Shown one piece after another: positions 29,465-35,050 of a stretch of DNA of 35,050 bases. Origin of the DNA: Candidatus Limnocylindrales bacterium (lineage in GTDB: Bacteria > Chloroflexota > Limnocylindria > Limnocylindrales > CSP1-4); assembly GCA_036508975.1 (NCBI GenBank), contig DATCGK010000130.1:1-35050 (forward strand). Reading direction: 5' to 3'. Each line of letters opens with the position of its first letter. The first letter of the stretch is position 1. The position numbers and the translations under genes were made by a program. The notes beneath the pieces are model-generated. The model ran no database searches and was not told the DNA's origin. It saw nothing but the letters and a program-made list of their open reading frames with translations.

Positions 29465-29659
29465 CTAGTCGCCCAGCGCGAAGGACAGCCGGGGCATCCG
29501 GGGGTCGAGGAACGCGAGCCGGTCCGCCAGCGCAGACGGAGCGAGCTCGTCGAGGCCCGCCTCGCCCGAGTCGGGCTGGTGAGTACGGTCGCGACGCTCG
29601 GCGATCTCGTGCTGGCGGCGGCCGTAGCTCTTGCGGCGATTGGACTGGTGCTTGCTCAC
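29465..29659 (-). CDS. Hypothetical 64-aa soluble protein, family not recognised
   Basis: GTG start preceded by GGAGGAGGAG with a 4-nt spacer. The TAG stop lies 3 nt before the ftsL ATG. Third-position GC is high and there is no TM segment. Confidence 0.55.
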   Translation of the reverse strand: MSKHQSNRRKSYGRRQHEIAERRDRTHQPDSGEAGLDELAPSALADRLAFLDPRMPRLSFALGD

Positions 29660-29763
29660 GGGACTCCTCCTCCGTGGGCGGGGGGGCCGGCCTTGGGCCG
29701 GTGTCGACGGGTCGCGGGTGCGGGCGTCCTGGGGTCCTTGTTCCTCCTCTCCTTCTCAGGCGA

Positions 29764-30708
29764 TCAGGCGGCGAGCCGTTCGGCGGCCCGCAGGCGGGCA
29801 CTCCGGGCCCTGGGGTTCGAGTCGACCTCGGCCTCCGTCGGGGTCAGCGACGGCCGGGTGACGAGACGGAGACGCGGGGTCTTCCCGCACACGCAGACGG
29901 GTGCCTGGGGCGGGCAGACGCAGCCGCGCCGCTCCGCCGCCAGGAAGCGCTTGACGATCCGGTCCTCGAGCGAGTGGTACGAGAGCACGACGAGACGGCC
30001 GCCGGGTCGCAGCAGGTCCACGGCGGCCGCCAGGCCCTCCTCGAGCGCGTCGAGCTCCTCGTTGACCGCGATGCGCAACGCCTGGAACACGCGCGTGGCC
30101 GGGTGCGTCCGCCTGCGGATGCGTGGATTGACGGGAACCACCCGCTCCACCAGCGAGGCCAGGTCCTCGGCCGTCCGCACCGGCGCCGTCGCGCGCGCCG
30201 CAACGATCGCCTTGGCGATCTTCCACGCGGCGGGCTCCTCGCCATAGCGGCGGAACAGGGCGGCGAGCGCGTCGGCGTCCAGCGTCTCCAGCAGCTCGAC
30301 GGCCGGGACACCGCTGCGCACGTCGAAGCGCATGTCCAGCGGGCCGCCGGCGCGGAACCCGAAGCCGCGATCACGGTCGGCGAGCTGGAACGATGACAGG
30401 CCCAGGTCGAAGAACAGGCCGTCCACCGCGCCGAAGCCCGCGGCTGGCGCGACCACGGCCAGCTCGCGGAAGTTGGCCCGGCGCAGGACCAGGCGGTCGC
30501 CGAAGCGGGCCAGCCGCAGGCCGGCCCGGTCGATCGCAGCCTGGTCCGCGTCCAGCCCGAGGACGCGCCCGCCCGGGCTGGCGGCCTCCAGGATCCGCTC
30601 GGTGTGCCCACCGCCACCGACCGTCGCGTCGATCTGGAGGCCGCCGGCTGCCGGAACGAGCGTCGCGATGACCTCGTCCGACATGACCGGCAGGTGCCCT
30701 GCCTCCAT
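29764..30708 (-). CDS. rsmH: 16S rRNA (cytosine1402-N4)-methyltransferase
   Basis: The ATG at 30708 follows GGAGGAG, giving 314 aa. Motifs include HLPVM..EV, DATVGGGGHTE, FFDLGLSSFQLAD, DRGFGFR, VLSYHSLEDRIVK and NPRARSARLRAAE. Confidence 0.95.
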   Translation of the reverse strand: MEAGHLPVMSDEVIATLVPAAGGLQIDATVGGGGHTERILEAASPGGRVLGLDADQAAIDRAGLRLARFGDRLVLRRANFRELAVVAPAAGFGAVDGLFFDLGLSSFQLADRDRGFGFRAGGPLDMRFDVRSGVPAVELLETLDADALAALFRRYGEEPAAWKIAKAIVAARATAPVRTAEDLASLVERVVPVNPRIRRRTHPATRVFQALRIAVNEELDALEEGLAAAVDLLRPGGRLVVLSYHSLEDRIVKRFLAAERRGCVCPPQAPVCVCGKTPRLRLVTRPSLTPTEAEVDSNPRARSARLRAAERLAA

Positions 30709-30769
30709 CACTCCTCCACGGTTAGGTTGCGGATCCCGAGCGGACCCTGGAAGCGCATGTGGTTCGACG

Positions 30770-31198
30770 TCAGATCCCCAGCCCGGCGATCGCCAGCGCA
30801 AAGGCGTCCGGGTTGTCGAGGCTCTCGCTGTAGGTGGCCCAGCGGGCCGGTGCCCAGATCTCGGCGTGCTCCCGGGAGCCCAGGACCATCGCCTCGTCCT
30901 CGAGACCGGCAAACGCGCGGAGCCCCTGCGGAACGAGCACCCGACCCTGGCGGTCGAGCTCCGTCTCGAAGGCCCCGGCGAACAGCTGGCGCTGCAGCAG
31001 GCGGGCATTCGGGTCGGTCATGGGCAGGCTCCCGACCTTCGCCGCGAGCTCCTCCCAGGCCGCCATCGGGAAGATCGCGAGACAGCTGTCGAGCCACCTC
31101 GCGACCACCGTCCCACCGTCGAGCTGCGCGCGGAACCGCGACGGGACGGCGATGCGCCCCTTCACGTCGACCGCGTGCCGGTACTCGCCGGTGAACAC
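30770..31198 (-). CDS. mraZ: Transcriptional regulator MraZ
   Basis: 142 aa with a GTG start after GGGAGGCGG. FTGEYRHAVDVKGRIAVPSRFR and ELDRQGRVLVPQGLR are the two SpoVT/AbrB-like halves. Confidence 0.95.
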   Translation of the reverse strand: MFTGEYRHAVDVKGRIAVPSRFRAQLDGGTVVARWLDSCLAIFPMAAWEELAAKVGSLPMTDPNARLLQRQLFAGAFETELDRQGRVLVPQGLRAFAGLEDEAMVLGSREHAEIWAPARWATYSESLDNPDAFALAIAGLGI

Positions 31199-31272
31199 CG
31201 ATCCGCCTCCCTGACGTCGTGGGCGCTGGTGGTGGGATCAACCTGGGGAGGGATCCCGTCCGGCGGGTCATT

Positions 31273-31304
31273 CCCCACTTTCTGCCACTTTGCGCCACTT
31301 CTGG
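31273..31304 (-). promoter_or_regulatory. Putative MraZ operator: three AAGTGG boxes with 10-bp spacing
   Basis: The minus strand reads GAAGTGGCGC AAAGTGGCAG AAAGTGGGGA. On the plus strand, ccactt occurs at 31275-80, 31285-90 and 31295-300. The site lies immediately downstream of the -10 hexamer. Confidence 0.6.
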
Positions 31305-31305
31305 C

Positions 31306-31333
31306 ATTCTAGCGCCCAAAGAGGGTCCGTCAA
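31306..31333 (-). promoter_or_regulatory. Putative sigma-70-type promoter of the mraZ/dcw operon
   Basis: The minus strand has TTGACG (31333-31328), a 16-nt spacer, then TAGAAT (31311-31306). This is about 108 nt upstream of the mraZ GTG. Confidence 0.55.
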
Positions 31334-31600
31334 TGGCCATTTCGCACGTGGGAGCCCAGGGCGGCGTCGATCCACGGGCGATCTTGGCGATACGGGCGCC
31401 TTGGGCGACCCGGAGACCGGCGCCGTGAGCACCAGCCGGTCGGAGGGCGGTGTCGGACCGTCGGGCAACCACCAGCGCAATGGCCCCGGATCGGCAGGTC
31501 GCCACTCGGGCCGTGGGTCAGGGCCGATGGCTAGGGGATGGCGTCGACCGCCGCGTCAGCGGGCCGGTGAACCAGCGGGCTCGCGGGCAGCTCCGCCCGC

Positions 31601-32362
31601 CTACCGGGTGGGTGGCGGCATCCTCAGCTGGTCCCCCGCGCGCAGCCGGGCTGCGGGGTACCTCGGGTTCCAGGCGTAGACCGTCCTGAGCGGAACCCCG
31701 AACCAGTTGGCGATGCTGAACAGGTTGTCGCCGGCACGGACCGTGTAGATCCAGCAGCCGACCCGATCGGGGCACGCCTTCAGGACCTTGTACCGGTCGC
31801 TGGCCGGCGTCGCAGCGGGAGCGTTCGTTGGGCTGGGTGCCGGGGTCGCCGTCGGGGTCGGGGCCAGCGTTGGAGTCGGTGTCGGGGCCAGCGTCGGGGT
31901 CGGTGTCGGGCCCGGGGTCGCCGGCGGGGCAGCCGTGGGCCCTGGCGTCGACGTGGCCATTGCCGCATCCGTCGGCACGGGCACCGCCGTCCCGATCGCA
32001 GCCACGGCTGTCTCCGTGGGACTGCCCTCCGGGGCTGGCAGGTCGATGCCGCCTCGCTGGAGCACGAACCCGAACGAGATCCCCGCGCTCAGGATCAGGA
32101 TGAGGAGCGCAGCAAGCGTTGCGCGCGGCACCGCCGGGAATCGGCTGGGCGCCGGCTGTTCCACCTCGACGACGAAGCCTCGCAGGTATCGTGGGCAGTC
32201 GGCATGGGCCGGACGGAGGCAGACCAGCTCCTGCTGGCGCGCGGACTGCTGACGGGGCGCCCCGATCGCGATGCACCGGTTGGCGTCATCCGGCTCGGGC
32301 ACCGGTGTCCCCAGGACGCCGTCCACCTCCCGCCGGAAGAAGGGGCAGACGGACGCATCCAC
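31601..32362 (-). CDS. Membrane protein with an N-terminal 4-Cys domain, Pro/Thr linker and C-terminal LysM domain
   Basis: 253 aa. The N-terminus reads CPFFR..x22..C..x21..C..x6..CPRY. A TM helix (LAALLILILSAGISFGFVL) and a PTPTPTLA repeat linker follow. The LysM domain is YTVRAGDNLFSIANWFGVPLRTVYAWNP...LRAGDQLRMP. Confidence 0.8.
   Translation of the reverse strand: MDASVCPFFRREVDGVLGTPVPEPDDANRCIAIGAPRQQSARQQELVCLRPAHADCPRYLRGFVVEVEQPAPSRFPAVPRATLAALLILILSAGISFGFVLQRGGIDLPAPEGSPTETAVAAIGTAVPVPTDAAMATSTPGPTAAPPATPGPTPTPTLAPTPTPTLAPTPTATPAPSPTNAPAATPASDRYKVLKACPDRVGCWIYTVRAGDNLFSIANWFGVPLRTVYAWNPRYPAARLRAGDQLRMPPPTR
31857..31904. repeat. 24-bp tandem repeat encoding the PTPTPTLA linker of the LysM protein
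   Basis: gtcggggccagcgttggagtcggt and gtcggggccagcgtcggggtcggt are in-frame (24 nt), followed by a degenerate third copy. Confidence 0.8.
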
Positions 32363-32659
32363 CGAGCGCCCGGCGTCGTCCAGGGCTGGCAGCGTGGGGC
32401 GCGGCCCGGTGTCCGCGTCGACGGCCTCGGGCGATTCAGGCCAGACGACACCGCCGCTATCCCCGGTCTGCTCCTCGCTCAGCTCCGAACCTCCCGGTGA
32501 TTGAAACGGACCCCCCTGACCGCCGCGAGTCTAGTACCTCCGGCACCTTGCTGACTCGGAATCGCGGGTGGTAGGCTCCAGCTCCGCTGTGGTTGAAACC
32601 CGTTGCAGTGGGCTTACGGTAGCGATCGCCCAGCATGCCCGGAGGCAGTCACCGCTCCC

Positions 32660-32914
32660 ATGGCGCTCGAGCTCGCCACGCCGGTCAGTCAACCGCCCCC
32701 CGAGGCCGATCTGTCGCGCCTCGCGCCGCACCGGATCAAGCGGTGCACCTACCGGCGCCTGATCTCGCTCGACCGCCCCCACGAGCGCATCTACGAGGTG
32801 GAGTGCCTCTACCCGGACCGCAAGGTGCCGGTGCCGATCGGCGACCTGGACACCAGCACGCCGATCTGCAACGCGTGCACGGCCGCGCATATCTTCCGGG
32901 CGGACGAGGACTGA
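32660..32914 (+). CDS. Hypothetical 84-aa protein with four Cys (C-x19-C-x20-C-x2-C), possible zinc ribbon
   Basis: Track ORF 32603..32914. Third-position GC becomes high only after the ATG at 32660, so I start there. GGAGG lies at 32641, a long 14-nt spacing. A putative TTGAAA (32593-98) / TACGGT (32615-20) promoter lies upstream. Confidence 0.55.
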   Translation: MALELATPVSQPPPEADLSRLAPHRIKRCTYRRLISLDRPHERIYEVECLYPDRKVPVPIGDLDTSTPICNACTAAHIFRADED

Positions 32915-32964
32915 TCGCGGCCGGAGCCGAACAAGGCCGCACTTCGCGGACCCGGGCGCGGCGG

Positions 32965-33316
32965 GGCGCCAGCGAGGCGGCCTGTAAGCCGAGTTCTGTA
33001 CCGCGGCTCACGCCGCGGTGACGGTCATCCATCTGGGGCCGCCGGTTGCCCGACGGCTCATGCGGCCGACCCGAGGGCTGGGCAGCGCGCCTCTCCCCCC
33101 GGCGAGCCGGGGTTGCGCCCTCCTATTTGGCCTTGCTCCGGGTGGAGTTTGCCGCGTTTCACTCCGGCCCCAAGGGGCCGGCATCGTCACTGTGGCACTG
33201 GTCCTCGCCTCACGGCGGACGGGCGTTACCCGCCACCCTGCGCTGGGGAGCTCGGACTTTCCTCACGCCGACCGGTTGCCCGGCCGACGCGCGACCATCC
33301 GGCCGCCTCGCTGGCC
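32965..33316 (-). ncRNA. rnpB: RNase P RNA, bacterial type A
   Basis: The minus strand carries GUGAGGAAAGUCCGAGCUCC (P4 5'), GGUAACGCC, CAAACUCCACCCGGAGCAAGGCCAAAUAGG and GUACAGAACUCGGCUUACAG (P4 3'). The P1 strands CCAGCGAGGCGGCC (33314-33301) and GGCCGCCUCGCUGG (32982-32969) are perfectly complementary. The ends are approximate, within a few nt. Confidence 0.92.
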
Positions 33317-33321
33317 CGCGG

Positions 33322-33327
33322 ATTGTA
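33322..33327 (-). promoter_or_regulatory. Putative -10 hexamer (TACAAT) of rnpB
   Basis: TACAAT ends 7 nt upstream of the first P1 nucleotide. No good -35 is present. Confidence 0.4.
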
Positions 33328-33405
33328 CGCGCGACCGGGCGCGGATGGCCGCGACGGTGCTCCATTGCCCCGCACGAGGCACGTCCGGCGCAATCTCCGC
33401 CACCC

Positions 33406-33428
33406 AATCAAAGGACGACTGGTCGTCC
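33406..33428 (-). terminator. Weak intrinsic-terminator-like hairpin plus T-run upstream of the rnpB promoter
   Basis: The minus strand reads GGACGAC CA GTCGTCC followed by TTTGATT. The effective structure is a 6-bp stem with a 4-nt loop. Confidence 0.35.
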
Positions 33429-33440
33429 GGGCGCGCCGCT

Positions 33441-33479
33441 GGTTCCTGACGACTCCCTGCCAGGTAGTCGTCAGGAACC
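33441..33479. other. Perfect 14-bp stem / 11-nt loop hairpin in the rnpB upstream spacer
   Basis: ggttcctgacgact (33441-54), ccctgccaggt, agtcgtcaggaacc (33466-79). Confidence 0.85.
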
Positions 33480-33580
33480 GGATCTGTCAGCGATTCGGGC
33501 CCTGGAGGCTGACCTGCAGTCGTCCTGTGACTATCTGGCAGGGGGCGCGTGGTAGCGGCGGTGCGGGAACCCGGGGGCGA

Positions 33581-33650
33581 CCTCACGCCGACCGGTTGCC
33601 CGGCCGACGCGCAATCATCCCGCCGTCTCGCTCGCACCCGCATTGCAGGC
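33581..33650 (-). repeat. Diverged partial duplicate of the rnpB -10 region and 5' end (P1 5' strand, P2, P3)
   Basis: It aligns without gaps to 33261-33330 at an offset of exactly 320 nt. The first 32 nt are identical, and about 60/70 overall by hand count. Confidence 0.85.
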
Positions 33651-33656
33651 CACGCG

Positions 33657-34052
33657 TCAGGGCGTCACGAAGACGAGGGTCTCGCTGCCGGAGGTGATCC
33701 GCAGGCGGCCGGTCTGACGCTCAATCTGGAAGGTCGGCGAGGCGCCGAGGACGGCGAGGAACGCCCGCTCCTGGCTGTCCGCAGGCTCCCCACACGCCAT
33801 CGCGGTCAGGATCCCCTGGCCGAGCGAGAGCCGGTTGCCGTCAACCGTGTACGAGCCGCCGCCACTGTTGCAGCCGGGATGCACCTGGTAGCGGCCGTCA
33901 CTGCCGAACGAGATCCCGGCCTCGGCAACCGGTGCCGCTCCCCCGATTTCCACGAGCTTCCACGGACGATCATCGAACGGCACCTGTCCATCGGTTCCAC
34001 AGCCGAGCACCAGGATCGCCAGTGCACCCACGATGGCCAGCGCGCGCTTCAC
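33657..34052 (-). CDS. META-domain (HslJ-like) lipoprotein
   Basis: The GTG at 34052 overlaps the SGNH stop (GTGA), giving 131 aa. The signal peptide has a lipobox, LVLGCG. WKLVEIGG...GCNSGGGSYTVDGNRLSLG..TAMAC..., with its two Cys, is typical of META domains. Confidence 0.75.
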   Translation of the reverse strand: MKRALAIVGALAILVLGCGTDGQVPFDDRPWKLVEIGGAAPVAEAGISFGSDGRYQVHPGCNSGGGSYTVDGNRLSLGQGILTAMACGEPADSQERAFLAVLGASPTFQIERQTGRLRITSGSETLVFVTP

Positions 34053-34696
34053 GGCCTCGGTGCGAGCCCCAGCAGGTCCCGGACCGCGGCCCCCACCACG
34101 CGCCCCAGGATCCCGTGCGCGACCGCGCTGAGGTGCACGCCATCCGCCGGGTCCCCGCCGACGAGCGCCGACGCGTCCAGGAACGCCGCACCCTTCATCT
34201 CGGCCACGGCCCGGTACAGACGCGGCAGCTGCTCGCTGACCGCCCGCGCGGCGCCGAAGCCCCACAGCTCCGACGTCCCGGTTGTCGAGCCGAGCCGGGG
34301 CGGAGCCACGACGAGCACGCGTGGCGCACCACCGTCGGGCCCCGTCCCCGATGTCCGGGCCAGGTCGACCAGCGCGCCAACTCCTGACGCGATCTCGCCC
34401 GCCTGCCGCCCGAAGATCGACTTGAGGTCGTTCGTGCCCAGCATCAGGACCAGCACGTCCACCGGCGCGTGCGACCGAAGGCACGGCAGCAGGTACGGCC
34501 GGCCATTCCGCCCGTCCAGGAACGGGTCGTCCCAGATCGTGGTCCGGCCGTTCAGCCCCTCCTCGATCACGTCCGCAAGCCCGACAAGGTCGGCGGCGAG
34601 AACGCCAGGCCATCGGACGTCGCGCGGGAAGCGCTCCAGCGTCACCGGGTCGGCGCCATGCGTGTTCGAGTCCCCGTAGCAGACGACGGTCCGCAT
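34049..34696 (-). CDS. SGNH/GDSL-family hydrolase (arylesterase/lipase-like)
   Basis: 215 aa. Blocks are YGDSNTHG (block I), GLNGRTT (II), MLGTNDL (III) and DGVHLS (V). GAGGAGGGGAG lies upstream of the ATG. Confidence 0.85.
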   Translation of the reverse strand: MRTVVCYGDSNTHGADPVTLERFPRDVRWPGVLAADLVGLADVIEEGLNGRTTIWDDPFLDGRNGRPYLLPCLRSHAPVDVLVLMLGTNDLKSIFGRQAGEIASGVGALVDLARTSGTGPDGGAPRVLVVAPPRLGSTTGTSELWGFGAARAVSEQLPRLYRAVAEMKGAAFLDASALVGGDPADGVHLSAVAHGILGRVVGAAVRDLLGLAPRP

Positions 34697-34729
34697 GGCG
34701 TGCTCCCCTCCTCTTCCCGGTGCCCCGGC

Positions 34730-35050
34730 TCAGACCTCCGGCGTCACGCGCCTCGCCCGGGCGACACGCATCGGCCCGCCCGCCGCGACCCGGTCCAGCG
34801 CCTCGTTGGCCAGCCGGTCCGCCGTGGAATTCTGCGCCCGAGGCACGTGCGTTGCCGACCAGCGCTTGAAACCGGCCAGCATCGCCTTTGCCTCCGCCCA
34901 GAGCGGCTGCAGCTTTGCGTCCTTCACCCGCCACCGGCCGTGGAGCTGCTCGACGATCAGCTTGGCGTCGAGGAACAGGTCCACCTTCTCGGCGCCCAGG
35001 CGCTGGGCGAGCTTGAGTGCCTCCACCACGCCCGTCCACTCGGCCACGTT
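34730..35050 (-). CDS. RNase H (type 1) family protein, C-terminal part; the N-terminus runs off the right edge
   Basis: NVAEWTGVVEALKLA...DLFLDAKLIVEQLHGRWRVKDAKLQPL...THVPRAQNSTADRLANEALD matches the RNase HI E...D...D(H)...D core pattern. The frame stays open to the window end. Confidence 0.75.
   Translation of the reverse strand, partial: NVAEWTGVVEALKLAQRLGAEKVDLFLDAKLIVEQLHGRWRVKDAKLQPLWAEAKAMLAGFKRWSATHVPRAQNSTADRLANEALDRVAAGGPMRVARARRVTPEV

Noticed and set aside
30709-30769. Possible mraW-type RNA motif in the 61-nt mraZ-rsmH spacer.
   Set aside because: I could not fold a convincing conserved hairpin there. The spacer mainly carries the rsmH RBS (GGAGGAG).
32363-32602. Possible ydaO-type (c-di-AMP) riboswitch upstream of the LysM gene, as seen upstream of cell-wall hydrolase/LysM genes in Actinobacteria.
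   Set aside because: The conserved GGGGUGAAUC and CAGCUAACCUCGUAAGC-like elements are not present on the minus strand. Only vague CUGAAUCGCCC similarity exists.
33018-33697. Plus-strand ORFs (143-194 aa) across the rnpB locus and its upstream spacer.
   Set aside because: They overlap a confidently identified RNase P RNA. Their products are Arg/Pro-rich junk, and they have no RBS.

Overview
This is a very GC-rich bacterial chromosome segment (about 70% G+C by eye, not computed). It is almost entirely core housekeeping genes, and nearly all of them lie on the minus strand.

Gene content, left to right:
- A family-5 peptide/nickel ABC transporter: a partial DppB-like permease, a lipoprotein SBP and a DppC-like permease.
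- The glycine cleavage operon in the order NUDIX-gcvT-gcvH-gcvPA-gcvPB.
- A Rossmann/DUF2520 protein.
- acnA, the only large plus-strand gene.
- tRNA-Val(CAC).
- A nearly complete division/cell-wall (dcw) cluster, read on the minus strand as mraZ-rsmH-(64-aa ORF)-ftsL-ftsI-murF-mraY-murD-ftsW-murG-murB-ddl-ftsQ-sbp(DUF1290)-ftsA-yjbQ-ftsZ-yggS-yggU.
- A LysM membrane protein and a divergent small 4-Cys protein.
- A type-A RNase P RNA gene (rnpB).
- A META-domain lipoprotein, an SGNH hydrolase and a partial RNase H.

Many adjacent dcw and gcv genes are joined by ATGA, GTGA or TGATG stop/start overlaps. Many long ORFs in the supplied track are out-of-frame or antisense artefacts of the high GC content.

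I see no defence island, mobile element or CRISPR array. The non-standard items are small:
1. A diverged second copy of the rnpB -10 region and 5' end (P1-P3) lies exactly 320 nt upstream of the intact gene. The spacer between them is highly structured and may be a small RNA.
2. A yjbQ-family gene and three tandem 23-bp non-coding repeats sit between ftsA and ftsZ.
3. A 64-codon ORF with a strong Shine-Dalgarno sequence is wedged between rsmH and ftsL.
4. A 16-bp tandem duplication puts the likely ancestral ATG of the DppC-like permease out of frame.
5. A clear promoter and a triple AAGTGG (MraZ-type) operator lie upstream of mraZ.
6. murE and murC are absent from the cluster.

All family assignments come from motif recognition by eye. 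No database search was run.
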